DNA of 64,000 nucleotides from Chiloscyllium plagiosum (taxonomy: Eukaryota): contig NC_057758.1 in NCBI RefSeq assembly GCF_004010195.1, positions 2,306,417-2,370,416 on the forward strand, in the 5' to 3' direction. Under the pieces are notes generated by a model that did not search any database, was not told the origin of the DNA, and worked only from the letters and a program-made list of their open reading frames with translations. Within the stretch, counting starts at the first letter, position 1. Each line of letters begins with the position of its first letter. This document shows positions 12,170 through 25,099 of this stretch, piece after piece. The translations under genes and the position numbers were made by a program.

Positions 12170-13140
12170 TGTTTTAATAAAAATACCTCGATTTCTAAAT
12201 TCTAATGGGTTCAAATTCAATCTTATCAACTTCTCCTCGTCAATATCCCTCCATTGTGAGGATCGGTCTGATTAATCTTGTCTGAGCTGCCTTCATTGAA
12301 GAACATTTGTGCATCCAGTTGGTGGCCAAACGTGTTCACAGTGTTTTCAGTGTGGGCTGAAAGGAACGGCCACAGTTGTTGCAAGCCTTCCCTATTTGTA
12401 TTCTCCATTCTGTCTGAAATCAATGCTGGCGTTCCATTTGCCATCTCTATGTCCTGCTGACCTTGTATGACACCTTTCTGCGATTTATACACAAGGAATC
12501 CCAAGTTACTGTATAGAGCATGTTTCTGCAGTTGGTCTGAAACCAAGAGGTAACAATAATAATCAGGAACGTGCTGGAATGTATGATGAACAGTATGCCA
12601 GAAATGGTGACTGCACAATTGAAAAAAACGCTGGAATAAGCCTAGTCCATACGAATAACTGATTTGGAGTAGAATTATGCCATTGAGAACATAGAGTCTG
12701 CTCCACCATTCGATTATGGCTGAATTGCTTCTCAACCCTACTCTCTGTAACCCCAACACACTCCCTGTAACCCTTTATCCTATTACTCATCAAGAACCTA
12801 TCTGTCTGTGAGTTAAATGCGTTGAATTACTTAGCCTCCACAACCCTATGGTAGTGAGTTCCACAGATTCATCACCTCTTGGCGGAATAACTTCATCCGC
12901 ATCTCTAAAGTGAAGGGTCGTTCCTTCACTCTAACGTTGTGCACTTAGGCCCTAGTCTCTTCGACTCATGGAAATGTCTTGCCCTCGCCTACTCTATGTA
13001 GGCATCCCAGTACTTTGTAAGTTTGAATGAAATTCCGCCCCCTCCTCCTAGACCTCTTCGAGTAGAGACCCCGAGACTTCAACTGCTCCTCCTATATCAA
13101 GCATTTCATCCCTGGGATGTTCTTGGGAAACCTTTGTCCT
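12170..13140 (-). mobile_element. Two old CR1 3'-end fragments
   Basis: Degenerate CR1 C-terminal coding and 3' UTR motifs on the minus strand. Confidence 0.6.
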
Positions 13141-13153
13141 GGAGAGGGAGCTG

Positions 13154-13387
13154 GAGGATTATACATACCTAGGAGTCAGAGACGGTGATCCTGTGAAGGT
13201 ATAGAGTGGAGTGAGAAACAGAGGATTACACCTACCTGGGAGTTACAGAGACACTGACCCGGTGAGAGATCAGAGTGGAGTGCGAGCTCGAAGATGACAC
13301 ATGTCCAGTAGTCACATAGATTGTGACCCTGTGATGGAGGAGAGGGGACCTCGAGGATTACACTTACCTCCGAGTAACAGAGACACT
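13154..13387. repeat. Diverged ~65-bp minisatellite, about 3.5 copies
   Basis: Units start GAGGATTAYAC.TACCT..GAGT..CAGAGAC at ~13155, 13221, 13290 and 13353. Confidence 0.65.
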
Positions 13388-13699
13388 TCTATTCTGCTGC
13401 TGGGAGCTACCTGCAGTGAGTTTGAAAGAAGTGCAAGAGACATCGCAGATAAAGTTATAAGTTCACTGGTGCACAATGCACTGGGATCAGCAATTGTCTC
13501 CAATTTTCTATAAATTAGCAAATTATTGGTCCACATCTGACAAAAAAGGATTAAACTCAGAACTAAGAAGAATATGTGAAAGTCTGAGCCAATATGATAA
13601 ATTAATAACGATCCACAGTTGGATAACGACATATCACTAACGATATTTCCCTGATGTTAACTTTATACGAAGCAATTAGGTAAGTAAGACAACGTACGT

Positions 13700-15150
13700 G
13701 GCAGTTTAAGACATGACAGCACATATTTGTCAAGTGGAAAATGTGTGTGGTATATTTGGAAATAATAGCCCCTGCTGATGTTCTGAACGAACATTAGGTC
13801 TTGGAGCTCAGACTTTGTGGGACAACTGTGATGCTGAGGATTAGTGGATAGCTTATTTTGAGAAAGCTGGGAGCCAACGTATGGCTCTACCAGAATCTTC
13901 TTTGGGCACCTAATAGTAAGTGTATTTTGTGCAATCGATTAGAACATTTTATTCTCTCATGAGATCATTGCCCATTATGGCGCCCACAGCATTTTGGAAT
14001 ATGTAGAATCTCATGTTTATTTCTACCAGGGTATTTTCGCTCGGGTATGCTGGTTTTATATCTCCTCCTACCAGGTTAAGTGATTGTGTTGGGTAAAGTT
14101 ACCTTTGTGAAAGATACAACCATTCTGGTGCCTACTAACATTTCACATAACCTCCCTTCTATTTTGCAGGCACGTAAATTATCCCCTCTCCCTTACCCTC
14201 ACGAATGGCGGTAGCTTATTTTCATCTCTGCTGACCTCGGGAATACCGCGGTTCTGTGTTGTTCTGGGTAGTGTTTGGGGTGCCCTATGCTTTTCCCAGC
14301 ATCCAGCTTCGATGTGTCTTATTCCGTTGTAGTGGCTACAGTATTTTATATTGTTCCCTGTTCTATTCCCTGCTCTTGGGGCACGGAATTCTGTATCAAA
14401 GTGCCCATTTCGGCCACAGTTGTGACATGATAGTTATACTCTACACTCGCCTCCATTCCAGTAAGATGTTTCGTGAGATCTTGCCTTTATTGCAGGAGCT
14501 TCTGCCTCCTCGCCACCCCACTCAACTAGATAATTATAATCCTGGGACATTATTAGTCCCACTTTCAATTTGGCTTGGTGGGTGCGAGAGGGACCGTTTC
14601 TCAAAGTTTGGATGAATGTCCGGGACCCCTGACTTGGGTTTGCTTGTCCTGAGCATTACTGATAGATACTAAGTAATTGTTCCCCATACTCAGAGGCTCC
14701 ATCTCCTTTACGTTGCTTAGTGGTCGTGATCTTGCCCCAGTTCGTGGGAGCATTTCCCGGCACCCTCTGGTTTTCCACTTTAAAACTGGCGAAAAGGGCC
14801 TGCTGGACATCTATCTCGGCTGTAAGGACGACAGCATGTGTCCGCTATCCTCCTTTAAAGTCTCGGGCGACTATGTCATCGGGTCCGCCAGTTACCTGTC
14901 TCCTATTGTCCGCTGGGCAAGCTGCCCAGACGAGCTGGTGTAGTTGGAGCCCTACCCATATATTTTCCAGCTCTTTCGATAGCTTGATTTTGTGCTTCTG
15001 GGCTGTGATTTTCCCTGGGAGGCCATAGTTTGCTATTTCTCCCCTGGGGCGAAGGCTTTATAATTCACACTGGGCCCTAAGTCTGTTCCTCCTCTATTAA
15101 CTTGCGCCAAGTTGCACTCTTGGACGGTTTATGAAACAGAGGGAGATGTT
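13700..15150 (-). mobile_element. Decayed second retroviral-type gag-protease fragment
   Basis: Minus-strand translation gives NWGKITTTKQRKGDGASEY (MHR-like, ~14690-14745), CHNCGRNGH and CSHYNGIRHIEAGC (two knuckle remnants, 14295-14430) and ACKIEGRLCEMLVGT (protease-like, ~14130-14170). Confidence 0.55.
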
Positions 15151-15559
15151 GGTCACTGCTGGACAGCCTCTGTCAACCTCTGTCTGTCTGTCTTGTATTT
15201 CTCTATAAGCGAACCTGCAGTCGCCCCCTTAAAACGTTGATCTGCCCTTTAGCAGATTGTGTACCCCAAGAATCGTCCGGTTCGTCACAGTGTCGGGAGA
15301 GAACATTCATTGCACAAGGAAATACCGGAGCCAAGGGGAAAGAAAAACACCAACAACACAGTGGTCAGCTGCGATTCTTCTCTCAACCCGGAACACCTGT
15401 CAAGATACTTCTTAACGTTTTGTAATAATAGGTCAGTGATAAGGTCTTTATAACATTGTTTGTTTATTATAAACACTGACGATTCCTTGATAGCTTCAGT
15501 GCAGTCATTGGCACTTCCAGCGTGTGTCCATGTGCGTAGTGTCACTCTTCTCTGTGTCA

Positions 15560-16650
15560 TCTCCCATTAATTGTTTCTATTAGCGTTGGTGCGGGTAGCA
15601 GAGGCCAGTAGTCAGTCCGTCCACAAAACCGGTCCAGAAGTGGGATCGAGGATACACAAGATTGCAGTTTATACAGATGATTTCCTTCTGTTTTTACCGG
15701 ATCCGACGACGTCTGTACTCCATATGATCCAACGTATCTATGCATTTTGAGGCTATTTCAGGATATGATGTTTACGTTCCAAAATCGGAAGCAATGCCTT
15801 TGGGGACCGCAAGGACGTGCCAAATTTTAGAGGTGGCCCTGGGAACCCCTTTACTTGGTCACGGGCGGGTTTCCGATAATTAGGGATCTTTATTTTCCCC
15901 ATGCTTGATCGGCTATTTCAGAATAATTTTGTTAGTCAGGATCTTCAGGATTAGTCAGGATCTTCAGAGGTGGGAGGTACTTCCAATTTCGTGCTTGGGA
16001 CAAATAGTACTTTTTGAGATTAATGCCATCCCTCGTTTGCTTTATCTCATGTTTATGCTCCCTGTAATGTTTCCCAGGTCAATGTTGCGGAATCTTATGT
16101 GTTAGTTTAGTTCCTTCTTCTGGGGTCCTGGGCGGCCCCTCATCAAGCTTTCTAAATTGCAGTTGCCTCAAAAATGGGGAGCAGTTGATTTCCCAAAACT
16201 CAGGAGGTACCAATTGAGTTTCATGCTGTTATTTGTGTCCGTTTGGGCAGGTAAGTATCCAGGCCCAATCTGGCTGGATATTGAGACCTCCCAGGCAACA
16301 TGCTTTCTCATTAACCTGTGATCATGGATAAGATGAAGACAGTTATGGATCACTGGTGGGACACCAATGTTATTAGTCTGGTCAAGGCATGGAGGGCAAT
16401 GCGTCAGAGTGACGGTTGTTTATCCAAAAACATCGCCACTCTCTTCCATACTTGGTATGCCAGGGTTCCGAACAGGAATAATGGACTCAGGGTTCAAACT
16501 TGGAGCAAGGAGACGCGTTTCCAGTTTGGAAGACTTGTTTGAGGGCGAGGTAATTATGCCTTTTGATCAACTGATCCCCAAATACTGACTGCCCAGCAGA
16601 GATCTTTTCTGTTTACTTCAACTTAGAGATTTCATCGAGAAAACATTTTG
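15560..16650 (+). mobile_element. L1-clade LINE ORF2 fragment (RT C-terminal half), pseudogenic
   Basis: LYTDDFLLFL ~15668, SGY...SKSEAMP, WEVLPISCLGQIVLFEINAIPRLLYL and LQLPQKWGAVDFP, all typical of fish L1 ORF2. Confidence 0.8.
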
Positions 16651-16888
16651 GCAACTGTCTGTGTGGAGTTGGAACATTCTCTCCGTAATTGCGTGGGTGT
16701 CCTCCGGGTGTTCCGCCTTCCTTCCACAGTCCAATGATGTGTAGGGTAGGTGAATTGACCATGCTAAATTGCCCGTAGTATTAAGTGAAGGGGTAAATGT
16801 AGGGCAATGAGTTTAGGTGGGTTGCTCCTCGGAGAGTCGGTGTGGACTCATTGGGTCGAAGGACCTGTTTCCACACTGTTAGTAATCT
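16651..16888 (+). mobile_element. HE1-type V-SINE, 5'-truncated
   Basis: V-domain GTCTGTGTGGAGTT...CCTCCGGGTG and tail CCTGTTTCCACACTG.TAATCT. Confidence 0.8.
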
Positions 16889-16889
16889 C

Positions 16890-17680
16890 GGAGAAAGTGA
16901 GGACTGCAGATGCTGGAGATCAGAGCTGAAATATGTGTTGCTGGAAAAGCGCAGCATGTCAGGCAGCATCCAAGGAGCAGGAGAATCGACGTTTCGCGCA
17001 TAAGCCCTTCTCCAGGAATGAGGAAGGTGTACCAAGCAGGCTAAGATAAAAGGTAGGGAGGAGGGAGTTGGGAGAGGGGCGTTGGGAATGCCATAGGTGG
17101 AAGGAGGTTAAGGTGAGGGTGATAGACTAGAGAGGGGGTGGGGATGGAGAGGTCGGAAAGAAGACTGCAGGTCAAGAAGGCGGTGCTGAGTCCGAGGGTT
17201 GTGACTGAGATAAGGTAGGGGGAGGGGAAATGAGGAAGCTGGAGAAATCTGCAATCATCCCTTATGGTTGGAGGGTCCCGAGGCGGAAGATGAGGCGCTC
17301 TTCCTCCAGGCATCGTGTTGCCATGGTCTGGCGATGGACGGGGCCAAGGACCTGCATGCCCTTGGTGGAGCGGGGGGGGAATTAAAGTGTCCAGCCACGG
17401 GGCGGTTGGGTTGGTTGGTGCGGGTGTCCCAGAGGTGTTCTCTGAAACGTTCTGCAAGTAGGCAGCCTGTGTCCCCAATGTAGAGGAGGCCACATTGGGT
17501 GCAGCGGATGCAGTAAATGATATGTGTGGATGAGCAGGTGAATTTCTGATGGATATGGAAGGATCCCTTGGGGCCTTGGAGGAAAGTGAGGGGGGAGGTG
17601 TGGGTGCACGTTTTGCATTTGGGTGCACGTTTTGCATTTCTTGCGGTTGCAGGGGAAGATGCCGGGAGTGGAGGTGCTGC
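16890..17680 (-). mobile_element. Penelope-like element 3' part: GIY-YIG endonuclease and tail
   Basis: ORF 17255-17689 contains FTCSSTHIIYCIRCTQCGLLYIGDT...RFREHL...PVAGHFN; the tail has a mutated hammerhead core at ~16985-17020. Confidence 0.92.
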
Positions 17681-17749
17681 TCTGGTCACCCGCCGATATG
17701 ACAGGAGACAGTAGCTAAGTTTTTCCTTTCACTTCCAACCTGCACTGGT

Positions 17750-18750
17750 GATCCAACAGAAACTGGCCTCATGGAGGCTCGTTTAAATTGGAAGAGATTG
17801 ATCACTGGAGGAAAAACATTGTGATTGGGTACAGCGACCCCTATTGGGAAACTGATTACATGTTGCGTTGTTTAGATACATTTAAAGAAGTTGCAAAAGA
17901 CCATCAGACGCCTAAATATAAAGATCGCTGTCAGCCGCCCAACAGCTTTTCATCTGGTGCGTCCTCAGCTTCTGTCACGTCCACCTTATACCCTTCATTA
18001 CTGTAAAGCTTCTTGCCTTTCCTCAGACCCAAACCCTCTTACGGATGAAATCGTTGCCTTTGTCGCCATTCATCCTCACCACTTTCTACCGACAAGCAAC
18101 AAGACACGGTGAGCTGAGGCCTTGTGGCGAAACCATAACTTTGGAAAGCCTCCACTGAGCAACAACAGCCGGGTGCCTACTCCACATCGGCGCCTTACAA
18201 TCGCCGATCTGGGGGCCACAGTCATCAACATCAACTTCCCCGACTGTTGATCGGCAACACGTCTCTCGACAAGACTTTGACTCATGCTGAGGATTGCAAC
18301 ATGCTCCAAGATGCCCTGATCCACTCAAGCGTGCGACACCATTCAACAATTGGCGAAAACAAAGCTGCAGTATTTGCAATTGCTTGCCACAGGACGTCCA
18401 TACTTCAATGCATCTCGTGTACAGGACCCATTGAGCAGCTATAACAGACTCCCGTGCATTCCACAGGTGCCTTGGACTGATCGAGGTGCATGAGCAAATT
18501 GGCTTGTGGCTGCCGTGATGCCTGCCAGTACGGCAGCAGGACAGCAACAGGCGGACTTTGCGGAGGTTACACGCTGTCTACAGAAGTCTAATGAGCCTTT
18601 ACTCGATTTATGTGCCTGCGTTTCAGATGATTAGGATTAGACTGTCCGCATTTATTTTTGGTTTCCGAGAATAATCGTTTTGCTGTACAGACGCTTGCAA
18701 ATTGTATGTTACCCCGCCACGTCCAGACCATCAAATCCTATAACCTCAAT
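17750..18750 (+). mobile_element. Possible very old Gypsy gag remnant
   Basis: Weak similarity only (VAIHPHHF...AEA ~18060-18120); heavily disrupted. Confidence 0.25.
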
Positions 18751-20029
18751 TGGCGGCAAATGCAAAGGGATCCTTGTCTCACTGCCCTGACCAATATGGA
18801 TTGACAGAGGAAAAGAAGCAAGAGAGGCATGCCCCCGATAACCACCGACATGGAATCATGGACAAAGCCCGGGACAGACATACCAAGATAGTGACTAAGA
18901 CAGAGACAGATACAGAGCATGTGAGAAATTATGCCACAAGCCTGAGAATGCTGGTCCAGTCCCCTCAACACGTGTCGCAGCAATAACACCAAGTTCCACG
19001 ACATCAGCATCCTCAACCGTCTGCATTCACACTTCACAACCCTTTATCTCACTTAATGTTTAGGGGCGCTGCATGAAAGTTTTCCAGGCCTTCACGATGC
19101 GCCTGTCCCACGCCCCATTGGAAAACCCGTGATGGACGTTGAGACGCCTGCTTCTGTTTTTCAATTTTGGTGGACTACGGAACCACCCAGTCATCTGTAA
19201 CTCGCTCAGTGACCCTTCCTCTCAGCTCCAACACATTTTCCACTGTGGGTGTCTTTGGAGGACGCATGGTTGAACCCTCTTTCCCACCGCATTTCCTATT
19301 GTCTTTGGTCTATTGGCGGCCCCCGATATTGTTATAATGTCCTCTTCCTGTCTGGTGGCCCTTCTCGGCCTCCAGACTCTCTGCAAACTGAACGATTCCA
19401 TTCACTGCTCTTCACAGACCCTTTCCTTGGAACTCTCTGATTGTAATTACCTCTTTTGAAGGCCGCTGTGGCTACCGTTCCAACTCTGTCCTCTCCTACT
19501 CCTTCCTTTTACGCATGGAGAACCCTGTATGTACTTGTCTTACCGCTTCCCTGCGGCATTTCTTGCGTGCCTTTCCGTGTCCCACAGCCACCTTCCTCCA
19601 CGGGATCATTCACACCAGTCACTTTCTGTCCAAGCTAAATTGCACTTCAGCTTACCTTTCAAACCCGGCCCTCCTCGTCCCGCTATTGGAGACCTTTATC
19701 TCAATGTGCCATCTACATCGACATTGACTGGCCTGTGCTGTGGTAGTAAGGAAGGATTAGCAGCGGATGTTCCGTTCGCTGTCAATCAAAGACCGCTTTT
19801 CCATTGTAACCCCGCCTCATTACCTTGTGTTTTAATCATAGTTAAAGGCCCGTGGCACCCAAAGGTTTTATAGCCCATAGTGCACAGACTCCACGGCCTG
19901 TCAAAGGAATTTGATTCCCTGCACACTGTGGATTCCAAATCCATGCAGGTTGGCCACTTAGGATAGGGATAGTTTCGTGAGTGTTGTTTTCCAATACAGT
20001 GGCTCGGAGAGGAGATCAGCTGCAATGGG

Positions 20030-20262
20030 TAAATCGCCTCCAGGTCCTCCAACATCTGCCCACCACGTACAGTGTGAATGTCCAGAGTGTGATGGAGCAT
20101 TGCACAACTTTTCATGGTTGGGTGCAGCTGCAACACTACTCAAGAAACTTGAAACCATCTCTTTCAAAGCAGCCTCCTTGATTGGCACAACACCCACAAG
20201 CATCTGCTCCCTTCACCGCTGACACTCTGTCACAGCATTGTGTACAATCTACAAGATACAAT
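20030..20262 (+). mobile_element. CR1-group (Zenon/Crack-like) LINE 3' fragment
   Basis: WLGAAATLLKKLETISFKAASLIG...SLHR (ORF 19977-20222); same family as 35195-37830. Confidence 0.7.
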
Positions 20263-20264
20263 GA

Positions 20265-20345
20265 GATAGGGTCAGGCTTCGGGTAAAGTTTAGGGTGAGG
20301 GTGAGGACTAAAGTTATGGTGATGGTTAGTGTTAAGGCTACAGTT
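20265..20345 (+). repeat. Degenerate TTAGGG-like hexamer tract
   Basis: GGGTCAGGCTTCGGGTAAAGTTTAGGGTGAGGGTGAGG...GTTATGGTGATGGTTAGTGTTAAGG with 6-bp periodicity. Confidence 0.5.
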
Positions 20346-21959
20346 AACGTTAAGAATCAGTTTCGCGTTCGGTCCAGGTCACGCCATCTGAGGGCAATCG
20401 AAATCTATTTTCTTTGGGCGACAACTGCACATAGCAGTCCAGCAGACAGCATTGACAGCTGACAGAAGCATTTGCTGCAAGTACATGTTTTTAAGAAGGA
20501 TCTGAGAGTGTCGTGGATGATATAAGGAGGGAATTCCACAAACCTGGAGGCGGACACTTGGACACACAGGTCTACCAGGGACAAAGTCTTGGATTGCTGA
20601 TGAAGGCTGGAATTAAAGGATCGCAGAAGTAGGTAACGCAGAGAAAGAGCTGTCACTCGGGCAATCACAACGAATTTGCTGAACAATTGTATTTTCCACA
20701 ATTTTGAGTTTATTAATTATTTAACTGAGAGGCAGAAATGACTTGCCAGCAATCACCCGCCTGTGTCAAGGTTGTGACTCAGCGTGCAATGTCTTCACCT
20801 CAAACCTAGAAGCTCTGGTTTTTGTCAGCCATCTGGTGTTTCGAATTCCACTGCAGAATTGATTCAAATAACTCGTTCTGGAGGTTAAAAATCAACTGAT
20901 TGCCATGGCACCATTGTTCATTGATGTTCAAAAAAATCAGAATTCACTAATGCAATTTCGGGTAGGACGTGTGCTGCCCTTTTCTATTCTATGTGTATTT
21001 TCAAACCCTGACACTGCTTTGACCGATTCTGAATTGTCCTCTGAAACAGCCATTCATTTCAAGGCGGACAAAGGACAGGTACTAAATGTGGTCTGGCCTA
21101 TTATGCAATAATACTCGATCATCTGGCTCTGGGTCATGTGAGCCCTGGAAAGGCTGGACATAAGATCATTCAACTGTGCTCTCAATAAAGGTTATATTTG
21201 TTTAACACCGTACAAAGTCTTTATTTTCAATTATCCTTTACGAGCCGTGTGTGATGCAATGTCGCAGAATAAAAGAGCAATCCATGTTCTGCCAGAGTTA
21301 AATAGGTCTTCACTCCACTGCCTGCAAATCCCATCCAGTACCTTCAAAACATTCGAGTGGATCGAATTGGCTGAAGTCAGAGACCTTCCGTGCACAAGAC
21401 TTGAGGAAGTGGGGGCCAACATGGATGATCTAATCAATTAATCTGGCTGAAATTCAGTGCAAATGTTTCAGCCTTCACGCATACACCGATGTTGACAGAG
21501 TCACCCCACCCCGCAGGATGAGGTCTGACCATCACATTGCGCACAAAAAGAAGCAGTAGACCATTCAACCCATCGAGATTGCTCCTTCATTTAGTGGTCT
21601 CACGGCCTACCTTATCATCATTTCGTGCACCTTCCTGCTGACTTCCGGTTACTCGTGATTCCACTGTTGATTCCAGATACAGGTGCTGGCGTACTGCCAG
21701 CAAAATAAGGTTCTCCTGCTGACATAGTCTCAGACTAGGTTCCAAAGACAAGGTTGAGGAGTCCAGGGACAAGTGCCTCTGTCTGCTCCAATTTCGACTT
21801 AACTTGTTGGTCTGTCCTGTTAATGCAACATGACAGAATGACTAACTCAGGAGGGGAATTTGACTTTTCAACATGGATGTGTGGGTACAGCAATTTTAGA
21901 ACTTCATAATGCTGAAGGAGCCCTAAATGTTTCGGTCTTCCATCCATTCCTGTTAATAT

Positions 21960-22500
21960 TTTTTATTTAGTTTATACACTCGTTGGACTCGGGCATTAAT
22001 GGCTGTGCCAGTATTTATTGCCCTCTGGGGTTGTCACTTTGAGAAAGTGGTTGTGACCTTCTTCAGCCACAGTCCACATGCTGTCAGTAAATCTATAATT
22101 TCTTTTGGGGTTGAGTTCCAGGATTTTGATCCAGCGACACTAAAAGAATGTAATATATTTCCAAGTTGATGAATGGTTACTCTGGAACTTGCAGCGGTGG
22201 GTGTGGGGTATTCCCATGAATATATTGCCTTTGATCGCTAGGTGGAAATGATTGTGGATTTAGGAGGTGCTGTCTTCGGACCATGGTGAAATTCTGCAGT
22301 CCATCTGAGAGATAGTGCACACTGCTGCGACTGAGCTTCGGTGATGGAGGAAATGGCGGCTTATGCATGTGGTGCCAATCAAGTGGGCTGCTTTGGCATG
22401 GATAGTGTCAAACATATTGAGTGTTATTGAAGCTGTACTCAACCCAAGTGAGCAGTATTCCACCACAGTTCTGGCGTGTCCCTTGCGCGATCTGGGCAGT
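21960..22500 (-). mobile_element. CR1-group (Zenon/Crack-like) LINE 3' fragment
   Basis: VEYCSLG...FDTIHAKAAHLIG (ORF 22260-22466) and tail GGGCAATAAATACTGGC on the minus strand. Confidence 0.7.
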
Positions 22501-22724
22501 CAGAAACCTCGCTACTAGCCTAATTATTGACTGTCTCTGACCTGTCCTTGTAACAAGCCGCTGATCTGAATTACAATCGAAACTGGACAAAACACTACGA
22601 CCAATGCAGTTATTTTAATCTTCATGATTGAAGAAAGTGTACGTCAAATTTCATTGGATCCATACAAAGGAGAAGAGAAAGATTTATAACAAAGTTAATT
22701 TCAGTCAGAGCCTCAGACGCGTCT

Positions 22725-23280
22725 GGTAGAATTAGAATATCCTTTATTGTCACGTGCATTCCTCCAAAATGCAGTGAAAACTGTTCACTGTTCCGTGGGT
22801 GCACTCCAGTCACATTGACTTTGGCGAAATGAACACAAAGACAACTTAAAGAGTTCAACTTTTCTGTCTCCGCTGCTACAGCCAGAGTTGCAATCTGGGA
22901 TTCCGAGCCCAAGCCATGCCGCCAAGATTGTGCTGTCTCGGGCTTTCCACCTCCCACCATGGCGCAAACAGAAGTATTTCAATCATATAAACCAATGCCA
23001 TGCTGCCATCAAGGGCCCACAATTCGCGGAAGTAAGAGTCTCCCTCCAGGCTACACATGCCGACAGACCGACTCTGCAACCACGCTGCTTCTGATAACGC
23101 TGCCGTTGCTCCGGAGCCCAATGTAGCCATCACCTGCTGAAGAGCTCTCTTCATGAGGTCCGTTTGAGAAAAATGAAGGGGAAGAAGGGAAAAGGAATGG
23201 ACAAAAGTTGAAAATTTAGCCAAGATGACAAGACCACGACTGTACACTAGCTCGTCCACCGCCGACTTATTGCTAGCAGG
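22725..23280 (-). mobile_element. Probable non-autonomous retroposon with a Rex1/L2-like tail
   Basis: Minus strand ends TTTTCACTGCA...CACGTGACAATAAAGGATATTCTAATTCT, a LINE-type 3' tail with short repeats. Confidence 0.35.
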
Positions 23281-24604
23281 ATCTCATGCTCCACTTTCTA
23301 ATACAATATGAACTCATGAAGTTGGGTGCATTGCTAGGGTATTCGAGTTTCATCATTTTCAAAATGCTCTCTCTCTCTCGTTCTGCTTGTTCCTCAGTTT
23401 TACTTTGGGAATTCAGCCTGGGGAACTGATTTCCATCATTTATTCACAAAAACACGGCAGTACCATGACGATATAAAGGTAGGCGGACAGCAAACTATGT
23501 GGAAGTAAACTGGGTACAATGCTCCCAGTTGGTGTCCCATGTTATCTGGATCAACACTGTGAGCAGTCGATGTTTCGCATTTATGCAAATAGGGAGAGTG
23601 GTTGACTGATCTCTCTGATTAAGTGAAAGTGATACATTTGTATGACTGTTCGAGGTGATCACCTGATCAAATGATATTTGTTGACTCTGTGATTAAGTCA
23701 ATGTCCCAATGTCATGATAGTTGAGGCACGCTGCGGTGTTCACAGTGATCGTGGGAGCAGCTGTGAAATGTGGGAACCTCGGTAGCAGTGTCCAGCACAC
23801 CGTCAAACACAGCAACGCCATTGCAGTCCCAGATATTTTGCTACCTTCAAAATTCAGGTTGTTTTTCGCTTACAATGAAATAGCAGCACCCTTTCAAAAT
23901 TGGGTGCTTTACTAGCTATCCAAAATGGCCGTATCAGAGTGAGCATATCTGCTCTCCAAACACTTGGTCTGGGATTTTACTTTCTCAGTGGAGACCAGGC
24001 AGGAGATTGAAGTTGAGGCTAAGATGAAATAAGCCATGATTGAAAGTTTGAAACTGAGTTTTAGAAAGAAATGCATACCTGTAAGGCGCGTGGTGATAAC
24101 TAAACGATTGCCAAGACCATTAATGACTGGACTGAGAACTATCCAACTCTAAGACACTTTACGTTCTACAATGTATTCGACTGTGTAAGAACGCATTCTG
24201 TGCTTTAGGGAAAGCAGATTCTAATAACAAATGAACATTTACATCACAAAATATATTGCGTGGATTTGATGATTCCACGTATAATAATGTCAAATAAAAG
24301 ATACAGGTATTCATAATATTATGATTACAAGATCTGCAATCCCGTTCACATCTAGAACCAGTAAAGATGCAACAGACTAAAGGAACATTAGGATGCTCTC
24401 CCATTACAGAGAGAAACGTAATTTTGTTATTATTCTGAGGGTCACCACAACTCAAAGGAGAGGACAAGAGTGAGGAGGTGTGACAGATGGTAAAATAAGT
24501 AGGGGCCAATTTTATTTTTTTTATAAAGTGCATGTTTCACTGTATCAGTTGCAAATCAAGATTGGCATATCTTAATAATTGATGAGGGAGAGGTAGAGAT
24601 GAGA

Positions 24605-24970
24605 TGTTATTATGGACCAGATGAAACCTCCTCTAAGTATATTAATAAAGTAACCGAGACTCTACTCTTTTTCTTATATTAAAGGTAAGTGTAAGGTTTT
24701 GCTTTTCAGATGCAATTTGATTGATCAAACTACTCGATGTTAAGCAAACACACACTTTACTTTTATACTACAATTAAAATCGAGAGACAAAATGAAAATA
24801 AAAGAATTAATTGGCTTAACTAATTAACTGTTCCAATATTTTAAGACTCAATTGCACACCGTGGGTACAATCAAATTCAGTAAAACAGGTTGTCTCACAT
24901 GGAATTCTAACAGCAGGAAGGTAACTCCCAACTTTTAGCTGCAATAGAGATAGGAATTAGAGCTTACTCC
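24605..24970 (-). mobile_element. Partial LTR
   Basis: Starts TGTTATTATGGACCAG, the reverse complement of the end of the solo LTR at 26277-26939 (CTGGTCCATAACA). Confidence 0.45.
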
Positions 24971-25099
24971 CACCACTGAACGCCTCCATTTTGCTTCATC
25001 AATGTCACGACAATACATCAGCAATTAAAAGCTCTTGTCCTGCCATGTACATAATTTTCAATTTGAAAGGCTGCAATAATAAGCTTCACCTAAAACGTC

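Noticed and set aside
22876..23259. 127-aa minus-strand ORF with an upstream pyrimidine tract
   Set aside because: No recognisable domain, and it lies inside a probable retroposon with a LINE-type tail.
23440..23780. Octamer ATGCAAAT (23583-23590), heptamers CACTGTG/CACAGTG (~23556 and 23741) and an ACAAAAACA nonamer-like word, suggesting an immunoglobulin locus
   Set aside because: No heptamer has a nonamer at 12 or 23 bp spacing, and no V, J or C domain motif translates nearby.
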